From the NCBI RefSeq assembly GCF_009914755.1, contig NC_060926.1: a stretch of DNA of 64,000 bases; one strand, 5' to 3'. The position numbers were made by a program, and so were the translations under genes. This document shows, one piece after another, positions 1 to 14,714 of this stretch. Under the pieces are notes generated by a model. The model made no database searches and was not told the origin of the DNA. It saw only the letters and a program-made list of their open reading frames with translations. The DNA comes from the human T2T-CHM13v2.0 reference genome, Homo sapiens. Position 1 is the first letter of the stretch. Each line of letters begins with the position of its first letter.

Positions 1-59
1 ATTCTAGCCTCTGTTCTTTTTCTTTGATACCATAATTCATTTCAGTTACTCCAATATAT

Positions 60-446
60 ACAACATAGCATTTATCTGTTAGTATTTTCCAGATTTTTAT
101 CTCTATATCACATCACTTTCTGGACAACCAGAACTGTCTATACAGCTCACAACTAGATATATTCACTCAAAAGAACTATAGGCATCATAAAACCAACATA
201 TTATAAAGTGAGTGCATAATTACTCTTCAACTCACCAAACCCATTCTTTCTGTTGTATTGTCTAACTCAGTAAATTTTATCACCATCTGCTGGGAAGTAC
301 TCTGTTACCCAAATCAGAAAACTGGTATTCATCCCTGATGTATTTATTCCTTCATCCTGCCAATCAGTCTTTACAGTCTGTCAGTCCTTCTCTATTAGTG
401 CCTCTTGGCTCTATTCTTCTCATGCCATGTCTCAGTCAGCTATTAA
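60..446 (+). mobile_element. L2 LINE relic
   Basis: Degenerate match to L2 3' region motifs (ggcatcataaaaccaacat, cagaaaactggtattcatccctga). Boundaries approximate. Confidence 0.6.
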
Positions 447-1688
447 GTTAATGTTTGCAGAGAAGAGGAAGCTGAATACCAAGTGACTACAAGGAGGACT
501 CCAATGAGAAGCAAGCCTAATCATGATACAGAATTTCATTCAGAAACTCTCAAGAATTGGAGGTACCATTCATCTCTGACATTTCATGTGAGGCATGGGA
601 TGAAAACAGAGATTCTTTGACTGTCTATAGAAGGAACTTTAGATCCTGCACAGCCAGACAAGAGCTGGAGCCTGAAAGTTTCCTCTGAAGGTGTACTGAA
701 CCACAGCAGAATGAGATTTAGGGAATCAACAAAATAGAGGGCTGGGAACGGTTCAGTATTGAGAAGTGAAAGTCTACATGTTGAATGGAAAGATCCCTCA
801 TCCCTGCTTCTACTTGGCTCTAGTAATGATGGTTGTCAGACATAAAATCACCATTTTACTCCTAAGACTCCAAAAGAATATATATACATAGAGAGAGAGA
901 GAGAGACTGATTTTGGAGGGCTCTCTAATAACACAATGGGTTTCTGCTTGTTGTAATTCTCTCTTGGTAAAACCCATCAGTGGACAAGTTCCACCATAAA
1001 TGCAGGGCTTCCATTCTATTTTTAGTGATTTGTCTTAAAAATAAAAAAACATCAACCAAAAAAACCAACTATGATATGTAAGAGTAGAATAAAAGAATTT
1101 CTAGTAAACAAGTTTCAAAAATGTCAACTTACATTTATCTTTTATCAAGGAGGAGAAAGAAGGTAGAAAGGAGTTAATTAAGAGAAAATGACAGTGGATG
1201 CAGGGGAAATGAGATCCACACAGAGGAGAGGATAAAGGCCAGTCTGGATGGAGGGTCTGTCTAAGATTTAGAAAATAATCTACCTGGTAGAAGTGAAAGG
1301 GATCCAGCAGGAAAGCTTCATTTGGATGCATGGGGCAGAAGTTGACCAAGAGCAAAATAGTGTTTAGACTAATTTTACAATTCTGTTAGATGGTTTTGGA
1401 AGAATTGCTAATGGCACACAGGAAAGAAAGCAAATGAAAAGGCAATAATTAACTCTAGGAAATTTGATAAAAAGAAAGTGTAATCGTAAAACATGGCTTA
1501 GAAGAGAACAACGTGAATATAATCACAATAAGATAAAAGTTGAATATTGCTTTCACTAAGACATATGATATTAGAAATTAAAGGATATATGAAACTAAAT
1601 TAACTTTATTAAAACATTTGTACAGGTATCTTAAAGGGAAAGGAAGATGACTCTATTCTTCTCATGCCATGTCTCAGTCAGCTATTAA
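409..1688 (+). repeat. Perfect 38-bp direct repeat (409-446 and 1651-1688)
   Basis: ctctattcttctcatgccatgtctcagtcagctattaa is identical at both sites. Confidence 0.95.
447..1650 (+). mobile_element. HAL1 / ancient L1-type element, internally deleted
   Basis: Resembles HAL1 motifs: gggcttccattctatttttagtg near 1005; gatccacacagaggagagg near 1213; aagcaaatgaaaaggcaataattaactctagg near 1428. Confidence 0.5.
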
Positions 1689-1721
1689 TGTAGCTACTTG
1701 GCAAACTAAGTTTGCTACTTG

Positions 1722-1898
1722 GCAAATGTTCTCAAACATTAGTGAGCATCAAAATCACCTAGAGAGTTTGTCAAAACAGAGATTACTGGGCCCCATCCTC
1801 AGTAGATATGGAGTGGGGCCCAGAAATTTGTATTTCTAGCAGGTCACCAGGTGATGCTGCTGCTTTTGGTTTGGAAACCACATTTTGACAAATACTTC
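1722..1898. mobile_element. MER5A (hAT-Charlie non-autonomous DNA transposon)
   Basis: gttctcaaac...gcatcaaaatcacctagagag...ggggcccagaaatttgtatttctagcagg...ccacattttga. Confidence 0.8.
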
Positions 1899-3714
1899 TA
1901 TAGGATGTTTCACCTGCTGCAAGATCAACTGGGCCTTCCCTTGCAGCTGGAATTATTTGAAATAAATCTTTAATAAAGATGCTTGGGATGCAACAAACAT
2001 TGTTAAAATGTGATAATCACAGCCTTCCCTTCTCCTGCTCCCTCCCACAAAAGAGAGTCTATATTTGCTCACTCTTTGCTTGTCTTCAGAGAAAAACTCT
2101 TACCTAATGACAAAGGGGCCCAGTTATTCTACATAGTAAGAAATGGCTTTTGGGAAAGACCATAAAAAGTAGTAGTTGTTATACCTGTGAGTGATTTGAT
2201 ACATGCAAAAAGAGAAGTGAATTCCAATTATTGTATTAATGTTAGCTCCTGAATCATTATTTTGGCATACAAGACAGTTTTGGGACCTATACATGTGGAT
2301 TCCTCAAACTAATCATGTATTATGTACTTAGGAAATAATAATAGAGTACATGAAAAAATCCTACTATCCTGAGTCATCCAACAGGTGCCAAAAATAAAGA
2401 AAAAAGAATTCTGAAGCTGGTAGAGTGGGCTGTTCTGTTTTTCTGAGAAAATTGAGTTTTAACTATTTTCTAAGGGTAAAAAGTCAGAAATGAATATATA
2501 GAGCGAGCAAAGAAAGGCCTTGTGTGAATTCATCTGTGATTAATTTCTAAACCCATAGGAACAGTCTTAGAACATCAGCCAGATGTAAATAGAATTAACC
2601 TATATTAATCTCTGTTCTCCAAAGGGAAAAATTGAATTCCTAAGTACCTAAAATTAAAAAAAAAATAGAGAAAATAAATTTAGGTAATCCTACCAAAATA
2701 TTCTAATTCTTAATTATATTACATATTACTCTGAAATCATCCCCACTTATGCATTCCTTGGTATTGCATTTTGTTGCTACCTGCTTTATGCACATAAAAC
2801 GTAATGCAGCATTTTGAGAGGGGGTTGGAGGAATTGCTTCCATCATAAGCCTTCACATTTTTCTAGTGTTTTATCTACTTTTTCAAAGCACTTTCACATC
2901 TGTTTTACTTAATTTTAGTTTCAGAGCTGAGCAAGAAAACCTTGCTTTGGTTTCTTGGGGAATCCCTGACTTACTATATTTCCTAAAGTAGTGCATATTC
3001 ATTGAGGGATATGTCTCCAGTCCTCTTCCCAGCCTAATTACTTAAGTACAGACTGTAAGGTTACTCTTTTCTAGCACTTAGCTCTCCCTTGAGGGAACTG
3101 CACGGGACCTAGGAAATGAGCATGTCCAAGCTCCCTCACTATGCAGCAGTGAACAAATTGGCAACCTTCTTCTCCCACTTGTGCCGAGGAGTAAAAGAGT
3201 AGAGGCTAAACTTGAGTCCTTTGTGATTTCATGTGATGATTCAAGGAAATGTGGAAATAAATGAGTAGATTCTTGTCAGTACCCTCTCAAAAGAGGCAGC
3301 CTCCTTTTACAGATGTACTCCTGAGAAACTGCCTCCCAGAAAGGGTAAATCTCAAAAGTAGTGGTAAATGGTAGAATACGGTATCCATTTGTAACTTTTT
3401 TTTACTTTTTCATAGCTCTTCAAACATGAAAGAGAAACATGTTCACTGCTTAGTGCCTGGGGACTCATACTTTTTTACTCCCTTCTAATAGATGCACTAT
3501 GCATGCAGTAGTTATTAGCCTTCTTTATCTATTTTATTTGTTTTACTTTTTGTTCAGAGTCCTTTTAAAAATCTGATGATATCCACAGGTTGCTCCCATC
3601 AATAAATCCACATCCAAACTTATAAACAACATTTTGCATATTATTTCAAGAGATTTATAAACACCTTAAAGCTCCTTTCTGAGGTTTAGTTTACTAATTC
3701 CTGATAGCGAAATA

Positions 3715-3865
3715 TGCACTGGTTTTGAAGTTAAAATAGGTTCAAGTCTTAGCCATGTTACTCTTTGGACTTGTGCATTTATGTTTCCAAGTTTTCAGTT
3801 TCTCCATTTGTAAAATTGAAAACATAATGTGTTTCCTGCCTTCTTCACAGAATAAAGCTAGCAAT
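3715..3865 (+). mobile_element. MIR SINE fragment
   Basis: MIR core: ggttcaagtctt...tcagtttctccatttgtaaaattg. Confidence 0.55.
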
Positions 3866-4284
3866 ATTTTAATTGTCGAGTATTTTAGTTGTCATAACAG
3901 CCACAACAATAGAAGAAAGAGCACTCTGATTTTCCTGTAGGAATATATTCTTCCCACCATAGAAATAATCTTGGTGATGCAGTCAATCAAGATGCCCCAA
4001 ACTCTGACCAAGTGGTGGACATGTGGCAAAATGTTGCACCTCAGATATTCCCTTGAACTTTGAAAGTAGTGACATAAAAAATGAAAATATTTGTATGTAC
4101 TTTATTCTAACCCTGATTATAATACTCTGATTATAATCTCCTCTAATTGTTTTATTCAAGACTGCAGTTAAGAACTGGTAATCAATTTGAAACAAAGTAA
4201 GTGGGGTTTTTAAATCTTTGATGTTTCATAGTTATAAATGCATAGAAAAGCAAGGATTCATAGATTTGATAAATCTAATGCTCC

Positions 4285-4545
4285 CTGCTGTACTGTTGAC
4301 TCCAGGAGAACAGGCACATAATGGTGCCTGTCTTTTAACTCTTGGATGCTCAGTATACATTGAAGAGTGTCTGGCATACAGCTGGTAGTCAGCAAATAGT
4401 TATAGAAGGAAAGGAAGAACAGATTGAGATCAGTGAGACAGGCAGGGGCTAGATTACAGAGGACATCATAAATCATAGTAAAATGAGTGGATTTAATTCT
4501 TTCTAAACACTAAACAGTTTTAATCAGGGGTAATATGATCATTGT
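4285..4545. mobile_element. L2 fragments (3' end on plus, then minus-strand piece)
   Basis: agtgtctggcatacagctggtagtcagcaaatag is the L2 3' terminus; ggcaggggctagattacagagg is antisense L2. Confidence 0.5.
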
Positions 4546-5131
4546 CTAAAATTGAACTCAAGGTGAATTTCTCATACATTTCAGATCCCATAATTGACTT
4601 ATAGAAGGCACAAAATATATAAGTAACCAAAATACAAGTCTAAGAATTAGAACATAAGGAATTATAGAGATAGAGATAAAAGACAGAGCAAAAAGCTATA
4701 ACTTTAAAGATACTACATGTTTAATCTATTTATTTCTCTGAAATATTGTGTATTTTTGTAAAAACATTGCTATTAATAAAGAGAATTTCAAAAAGAAAAT
4801 ATCATTTTCCATAGTGAATTGAGTTGCAGACATCTCTGCCAGACTTCTGTGCTTACAGCATTAAAGTTACAAAGTCCCTGAGGTTAGAGGTATTGTCCAT
4901 TCCATCTGGTAACTACAAGGATAGGAGGAAAATATTATTAAGTTTTGGATTCTTTCCCTCAAATAACCTGTCAGTGTAATATGATGACAATGATATCTGT
5001 TATCATTTCAAGGGCTACACAAAATAATTGCAATGTTCATGACAAAACAATTCATACAGATACAATCTTAAGAGTTCTGAAAAAATAGCAGTAATGGCTT
5101 GTGCTCCAGAAATTAAAATAGGGCTACAACA

Positions 5132-5403
5132 TTTTAACTTTTTTTACCTTGAAATAATTATAGATTCAGCAGAATGTCCAAAGACAGTAAGATGTTCCAT
5201 GTACTCTTTACCTAGTTTACCCTGATGGTCATGTCTTATTTAATTACAATACACTGTCAAAGGTAGGAAATTAACATTGGTACAATGTGCACGTACAGTT
5301 CTGTGTCATTTTTACATGTATTAATTTGTGTTAATACCACTGAAGTCAAGAAATGGAACTATTCTATCTCCACAAAGATCTCTTTGTGATACCCCTTTAC
5401 AGT
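5132..5403 (-). mobile_element. Old L1 (L1MC/L1MD-type) 3'UTR
   Basis: T-rich start, then ttgaaataattatagattc...ggaaattaacattggtacaat...ccacaaagatctctttgtgatacccctttacag. Confidence 0.7.
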
Positions 5404-6240
5404 TATGGTTTGGTTCAGGTACATCAGCACCCTGAGTCTGATCATCCTTGATACCCTAACCTGAAGAAGCTAAAGCCTCAATCAATGATGAGAACTCCAA
5501 CTGGCCAAACCTGGCCTTTCTGGAGTATACCTTTGGTATCAAACTTTGAAATCAAAAATTAGAATTGTGGATAAAATTATTGATGCCTAAACAATAATTT
5601 GGAAATAAAATGTTGAATTATAAATGAAATATACTCAGGAATATGTTGTTTTCTGGAATCCAATGAATTGAGTTTTACTGAATGCAAAAAATCAGACCTA
5701 TGTTTTCTTTAAAAGTTGTTTTATATTAAAGCTTCAATTTGCTGAACTTACTATTTTATGAGTTCTGTTTAGACAGTGTAGAACAGTGGGTGATCCTAAT
5801 ACCTTATAGCATTTGAGCAAACTTGGTTATTTTTCACTGTTTTGATATTTCATCTATTTTAGCATTTATATATTATATTAAGCTAAAATGTGTTAAAACA
5901 TACATTTTTATGTATGTTTAGAGTAATTTTACAATTCTGTTAGATGGTTTGGGAAGAATTGTTAATGGCACATAGGAAATGAAGCAAATGGAAAGGCAAT
6001 AATTAACTCCAGGAAATTTTATAAAAAGAAATATGTGAATATAATCACAATAAGATAAAAGTTGAATATTACTTCCACTAAATCTCAAAACATGTTGGAA
6101 TAAAACACAAGGAGGCAAGGAAAGTAAAACAGATAAATGAGAAAGAGGAGGCAAACAGAAAATAAATAATATCATACCCTAACATATCAATATTTTCTTT
6201 AAATGTAAGTAATCCGTACCAATTAGAAGGTAGAGTTGAC

Positions 6241-6534
<294 letters not shown>

Positions 6535-6570
6535 AGTAGAGTTGATTTTATAAAAGACATGAATCAATTA

Positions 6571-7198
6571 TAATCGATTCCTATTGTTCATGGTATCTGT
6601 GTTCTATAAAGTTGACATAAATGCTAATTCATTGCTCCTAGTAGAAATACAGGGTCAGGTTCCTGCAAACTTGTCCAGAAGGTCACAACATTTTCATCGA
6701 TTGATTAATGTATAACCACATATTATATGTGTTTCTGTTAAAAGACACTTATTTAATACATATTGCAATTTATTAACATTGAATTCACGGCCAACAGTAT
6801 CATAACTCATGCCTGAATGAAGCTTATCTAACATGTAATTTCTTCATAAGGCACACGATAGCCTTCTTGGGCTGAGGAACACTGGACAACCCTTTAGCAC
6901 TATGCTTAGGGGTCATAATAAACAGTGAAATCACCAACTGAAAGTACAAAAATATGAAACTATGGCATTAACTAGATCACATAAAGGACACTTGCTTCCA
7001 GCATAAGAACTGAAACAAAAGAAAGTGTCACCTTGATTGACTTCAGCTAAGAATGTATATATTAGTTGACAGGTTTTTTGCCATTCTGTATATGTCTGTG
7101 AATGATGGCAAAAATGCTGTATTTATTTTGATTTATGAATAAATTTTAGTAAGTAGGCTATTTGAAAATATGGACTTGCAGATATTGAGAATTGACTA
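6571..7198 (+). mobile_element. MER82 (TcMar-Tigger non-autonomous DNA transposon)
   Basis: Matches MER82 (gttctataaagtt, gaaatacagggtcaggttcctgc, ataactcatgcctgaatgaagcttatctaac). Degenerate terminal inverted repeats; TA on both sides. Confidence 0.85.
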
Positions 7199-7944
7199 TA
7201 TATGTAATTTATAAGAAACTCACTTGAAATTTATTGAAATAGGTAAATTGAAAGTAAAAGAATAAAAATTAGTTTTCATAAGCAAATATTGGTTTTTAAA
7301 AGATGCGTGCATGCATAGCTATATTAGTATCAGTTACAATAGACTTCAGAGTGAAGAAAATTAGTAGCAACAAGGAGGGATATTATATGATGCTAAAAGA
7401 TTCATCCACCAGGAAGATATAATGAAACTAAATGTGTATCCACCAACAAACAGAGCCTCAAAATGTGTGAGGCAAAAATTGGTAGAAATAAAAGGAGAAA
7501 TTAACAAGTACACAAATTTTAATTGTGAACTTTAATATAAATTATAGAACATTTGATTTAAAAATCAGCAAGAATATAGAAGATCTAAATAACCCAATTA
7601 ACCAACAGTATCTAATCCACATATATATACTAATTGACATAATACTCCAGCCAATAACAACTGAATATATATTTTTTCAATTATTCATGAAATATCTATC
7701 AAAATAGCCCATATCCTGGCCATAACAAACCCTAACAAATTTAAATTACTTGAAATTATACAGGATATGTTTTCTGACCATAATGAAAGTAGAAATCATT
7801 AACAGAAAGATAAGAGTAAAACTCTAAGAAATTTAGAAACACACTTCTAAATAGTTCAACGGTAAAAGAAGATGTCTCAAAGGAAGTAAGATATCTATAG
7901 AACTGAATGAAAATGGAAATAAAGTTAATCAAAACACATGATTT

Positions 7945-8393
7945 TGCAGCACTATTCACAATAGCAAAGACTTGGAACCAACCCAAATGTCCAACAATGA
8001 TAGACTGGATTAAGAAAATGTGGCACATATACACCATGGAATACTATGCAGCCATAAAAAATGATGAGTTCATGTCCTTTGTAGGGACATGGATGAAGCT
8101 GGAAACCATCATTCTCAGCAAACTATTGCAAGGACAAAAAACCAAACACCGCATATTCTCACTCACAGGTGGGAGTTGAACAATGAGAACACATGGACAC
8201 AGGAAGGGGAACATCACATACCGGGGCTTGTTGTGGGGTGGGGGGAGGGGGGAGGGATAGCCTTAGGAGATATACCTAATGTAAATGATGAGTTAATGGG
8301 TGCGGCACACCAACATGGCACATGTATACATATGTAACAAACCTGCAAGTTGTGCACATGTACCCTAAAACTTAAAGTATAATAAAAAAAAAA
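7945..8393 (+). mobile_element. 5'-truncated L1PA (about PA4-PA5) 3' end
   Basis: ORF2 C-terminus (KTWNQPKCP...), 3'UTR and polyA. TSD catgattttgcagc at 7937-7950 and 8395-8408. Confidence 0.92.
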
Positions 8394-9361
8394 CCATGAT
8401 TTTGCAGCTGAACAATGCTGATATGCTTATAAATGCTTACATTGGAAAAGATGAACAATCTTAAATCAATAGTCTAACTTCTTATCTCAAGAAACTAGCA
8501 AAAGTGGAGCAAAGTAAACCTAAAGCATAAAATGGAATAATTTAATAAAGATAGTAGCAGAAATCAATGAAATTCAAAATAAGAAATAATACAGAAAGTC
8601 AGTAAAGCAAAAAGTTTTCTTCAGAAAAAAATCAATAAGAATGATAATCTTCTAGTAAAACTGGCAAAATACGAGAAAGACATAACTAATATTAGGAATG
8701 AAAGAGAAATATCACCGCTGCTCCCACAGCCTGTAAAAAGATAATAAGGTGATATAGAAAATAAATATATACTGATATATATTTAATTGTCGAAGACATA
8801 GACTAATTTCTTGAAAACCACAGACTACTAACACTCAACCAAAATGAAACAGATAGCCTAAATAGCCCTATAATAGTTTTCAAAAATTAAATTGGGATTA
8901 AAAAACTTTCCAAAAGTAATCTCAGGCCCAGATTGTTTCACCGGGGAACTCTATAAGTATTTAAAGAAGAATTAACACTAATTTTACACAAAATCTTACA
9001 AAAAAATAGAAGATGAAACATTTTGTAACTCATTTTATGAGTCAGATTTACACTAACTCCAAAATCAGACAGTGTCCACCACCCCAAAAAGAAGAAGGAT
9101 AAAAGAAAACTGGAAATATTATATTAGCAAATTGAACAAAACAATATATAAAAATAATTATACATCATAACCATGTGAGATTTATTCCAGCTATGTAAGA
9201 CTGGTTTAACATTCAAAAGTCAAACATTGTAACTCACCATCTCAACAGTCTATAATGGAAAAAAATCGTAGGATCATATTACTTGGTACAGAAAAAGCAC
9301 TTGATAAACTCCATAGCCATTCACAGTAAAAGCTCTCAGCATGTTATGAATAGAGAGGAAT

Positions 9362-10575
<1,214 letters not shown>

Positions 10576-11063
10576 GGAATTCTATCATCTTGATAAAGAG
10601 CATCTACAACAAATCTAATACTATTATGAAATCATACTTCATTGTGAAAGACTAAATGCTTTCCTCATCAGATTGGTAACAAGGCAAGTGTGGTCACTCT
10701 CATCACCCCTATTCAATGGAGTACTGGCAGTTCTAGCCACTGAAATAAGACAAGAAAAAATAATGAAAGACATAAAGATTGGAACGAAAGAGAGAAACTA
10801 CCCAATTTGCAGATGGCATAATTTTCTACATTTTTTTAAAAATCCCAGGTAACCTGCAAAAGAAAACTTTCTAGAACTATTAAGTTCAGCCAAGTTGCAG
10901 AATACAAGATCAACATGTGAAAATGAATCCTATTCATTTATTGGAGGAGGAAGAATGATAGTATTGTAGATGGATGAGATGCTGGATTAGTTAGAACAAA
11001 TTAATCCTATGGTAACGATGAACATGTGGAAACCAAAATTAAAAACTCAATACCATTTACAGT

Positions 11064-11484
11064 TGACAAAGGCTGTGTCCTTGACCAAACTTGTTAGGCT
11101 CCTCTGAGCCCTCTTCTCAACTAGATCTCAATCCTGGCCTGCCTTAAGCAAAGAATCCTGCCAAGTGAGATTTGCAAGAATCATTCTACCTTTGATAACT
11201 AATCCCCCTTTATATCTGATGAAGTATCTCATTCCCCACCCTTGATGTATAAGTCCTTCACCTGCCTTTAGCAAGAATCTTCCTTCTGTGATGTCTCCTC
11301 TGAGTAATTTTCCACCCACTGATCTCCTTCTTCTGATAGCTGGCTATAAATTCCCACTTGTCCTTACTGTATTTGGAGTTGAACTCGAATATCTCCCCTA
11401 CTGCAATAGAATTAACCTCTACTGTAGTTGTCTTAAAGTCTTCCTTACCATTTTCACAAGTCTCAGAATAATTTTTCCTTTACA
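11064..11484 (+). mobile_element. MER31-family solo LTR (ERV1)
   Basis: Starts tgacaaagg...ccttgaccaaactt...ggctcctctgagccctcttctcaactag and ends in CA. Imperfect 4-bp TSD cagt/caat; TATA-like ggctataaat. Confidence 0.8.
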
Positions 11485-12520
11485 CAATAATTCTAAATAC
11501 AATAAAATACTTAAGTATCCACTTAGTAAAACATGTACAGGATCTCTATGCCAAACATTTTTATTTCTAGTGTGATTCTGAAAATTGCTTTGTTATCTTA
11601 CTAGGTCATTTTGCCAGCACTCCATGCATTTCTTGGAGGAGGAAGACTGATAGTATTGTAGATGGAGGAGATGCTAGATTAGTTAGAACAAAACTATACA
11701 CATGAGTTTTTCTTGGCAAAAATTATGAGAAATATACAAGTACAGGTATTCTGTTCTCTCAGTTTCTCCCCCATGCCCCATTTAATGAATAGATGTAAAG
11801 AAATTGGGTGAAAATAGGCTGTAGCTTTAGTATTCTTAAGAATGCATTTGGGAAAAAGTTTTCACCTGCATTGGACCCTGAAACATATTCATACATTGAA
11901 CAAAAGTCATTGCCATTATACGATGCAACTAAAGCAAAAAGATTTTAATCAGTGATTGTTCCACAGAACAAGTCACAACAAACCTGCAATTATACTGAAA
12001 ATTAAACTATTAGAGAGCTCTGAATAATGGCTTTATCCACTTGCCAGATATACTTTATGTTTTCTGATTTTAAGTCATAAGTTCCTTTTCTTGGACTTTT
12101 AAAAAGTCACATTTGCTTTCTGAGATTCTGAAAATTTTAAAAAGAAAAATAAAGGAAGATACATTCTAATTTATTTTGTAGTTCTGCCAAAATCTCTCTA
12201 TGGCCACAAAATAAATCTGAGTTCTTTAGAGTTTCCTCAAGATTAAAAATATCCACTATCTATAGGCTGAGTTCTTTAGAAGAAACATGCAATATGGATA
12301 TATATGATTTTTTTCTGTGTGCCATCATTTGACAGTACTGTGTATCTTCCAGTAGAATTTTCTGGGTAATAGAGGCTTCTGCAAGACTGTATTAACACCA
12401 ACAGATGAAAGAAAGAGTGTCTGATAAATTTGGCATTGTAGAAGGCAGGGAGTATGTTATTCTGAGAAAAACCATTCAAAACAGAGATTTCCCACAGCTA
12501 TACCAACAAGCTACTTCAAG

Positions 12521-12676
12521 TAGGACAAATACCTAATGCGTATGAGGCTTAAAACCTTGAAACCTAGATGATGGGTTGATAGGTGCAGCAAACCACCATG
12601 GCACATGTATACTTACGTAACAAACCTGCATGTTCTGCACATGTATCCCAGAACTTAAGGTGAAATTTAAAAAAAT
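12521..12676 (+). mobile_element. L1PA (about PA8) extreme 3' end
   Basis: taggacaaatacctaatgc...ggtgcagcaaaccaccatggcac...cccagaacttaa followed by an A-tail. Confidence 0.88.
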
Positions 12677-13203
12677 TATCTCTTAGGGAATAAATTATCT
12701 CAAAAAGAATTTATAGATGATGATATTTAAGGTCATCTTGGTTAACTTTAAAGTTATGTAATTTCACCATAGCAAATATATTTTCAGTGCCATCCCTCAT
12801 TTTCTTGTTGGCTTCTCCTTCCTCCCCAAACCCTATTCCCTTAACACACACACACACAGACACACACACACACCACAAAACAATGAAAGTTTGCTACTCA
12901 GTAGTTTCCTGGTTCAATAAATTAAAATCTATAGGTCTCAATATGAAGAAGAAATTTTACATTTTGCCTCATAATCGTATATATTATTTTATCCCTAGGA
13001 TTCACTTAGTATACATAAAGAAATTATAATGCCTAATAAATTTATTTTCACTTTCCTGGACCATGACAGAAAAAAGATTTATGAAAATGAAGTTTGATCT
13101 GCCTAGAAAAGGGTGTTCAAAGACTACAAATAATCATGGAGGCCAGAAATAGTACTAAGAATAATAAAGACCTGGCAACGTAGATTGTCTGAAGTTTACT
13201 TTT

Positions 13204-13434
13204 GTTTCTGCTCTTTTTTTTAATTATTATTATACTTTAAGCTCTGGGATACATGTGCAGAACGTGCAGTTTTGTTACGTAGGTATACATGTGCCATGGT
13301 GGTTTGCTGCACCCATCAAGCCATCATCTACATTACGTATTTCTCCTAATGCTATTCCTCTCCTAGACCCCTACCCTCCAACAGGCCCTGATGTGTGATG
13401 TTCCCGTCCTTGGGTCCATGTGTTCTCATTGTTC
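13204..13434 (-). mobile_element. L1PA (about PA7) 3' end
   Basis: Antisense L1 3'UTR. 15-bp TSD ctgaagtttactttt (13189-13203, 13435-13449). Confidence 0.9.
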
Positions 13435-13965
13435 CTGAAGTTTACTTTTCTAGCAAATACAAAAAGGATCGTACCAGAAAGACTGGTGCTGACTTCCTTT
13501 ACCCTAAATTCATCTAAAAACTCTCTTTCTTTCTTTCTGCTGTCCTAAGAATTAGCTTTGCCCCTCTCTTTTTATACTTATTCTCATGATGAGCAGTGCA
13601 GCAGTATTTCCAGTTTCATGGGTCCTCCCCTCTTTAAAATTCCATTACTTGTAATATATAGGAACAAATATGTTTCTTCTAAAACCTGTAAATATTGCTT
13701 ATTGTGACTCTATTCATTAACAAGAAACACGTATTAAAAGTAGTGATTTTCAACAGACTATGGACTATCTAGATCAGTCGGCAGCACTTCCTAACTACAC
13801 AGAAAATCTCCCTTAAATATTCTGATGTCCATTTGGCTATAAGCAACAAGTAAACAAGGATCTTCCCTCTCTTGATTATTTTTTGCTCAGAAATGTACCT
13901 GGCATATGGTGGGTAGAGAGAAGAAGTACATATAACACCTCCCAGATCACAAAATACCACTGTCA

Positions 13966-14227
13966 GGCCAGGCACAGTGGCTCATGTCTGTAATACCAGA
14001 ATTTTGAGAGGCCAAGGTGAGAAGATCTCTTGAGCTCAGGAGTTAGAGACCAGCTTGGGCAACACAGTGAGACCTCATCTCAACTAAAAATCAAAAAAAA
14101 AAAAAAAAAGTAGCCAGGTACAGTGACACAGGCCTGTAGTCCCAGATATTCTGAAGGGATTGAGGTTGCAGTGAGCCATGATTGTGTCACCATTCTTCAG
14201 CCTCAATGATAGAGCAAGACTCTATGA

Positions 14228-14283
<56 letters not shown>

Positions 14284-14299
14284 GAAAGAAGAGAAGAGA
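13966..14299 (+). mobile_element. AluJ with right-arm deletion and (GAAA)n tail
   Basis: AluJ motifs. Tail is (GAAA)n at 14226-14281. Degenerate TSD aataccactgtca/aattccactgtta. Confidence 0.85.
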
Positions 14300-14714
14300 A
14301 TTCCACTGTTACGACTTGATGTTTTGAAATGCACCCTATTCTCAGAAGTATTGGGGAACAAGCAAGATTGAGAAATATTGCTTTGCGTACAACAAACCAA
14401 ATTACCACTTTACATGCTGGTCATCATAAGTAATATTACTACAAATATAATATGAACCCACTGTCTTCAGAGTTGCTTTAGAAGTTAGGCCATGTCATTC
14501 TAATCTCACATTACTCAGAGTTCTCAACTCAAGGGTTTTCAAGAGAAAATAATAAATATACATTGAAATAAACCAAATAAAAATTAGAATGACTATTCTC
14601 TCTGAAGAAAGATGGCTGTTATAAATGTGTTTGTCCTTTTATTTCTCAATCAAATCACAAGAATCCTTCTAATTGTTTAACACAATTTTAAAGAACACAG
14701 AATCTGGATTTTCT

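Noticed and set aside
409-1688. 38-bp repeats as the TSD of the HAL1-like element
   Set aside because: Too long and too perfect for such a decayed element; reinterpreted as a later templated insertion.
2100-2190. Minus-strand exon with TAG|GTAAGA donor
   Set aside because: Weak acceptor and stops in all three frames.
5404-5560. Processed pseudogene fragment (EEAKASINDENSNWPNLAFLEYTFGIKL*) or box C/D snoRNA (ATGATGA at ~5486)
   Set aside because: Peptide not recognised and has upstream stops. No box D with a terminal stem at a suitable distance.
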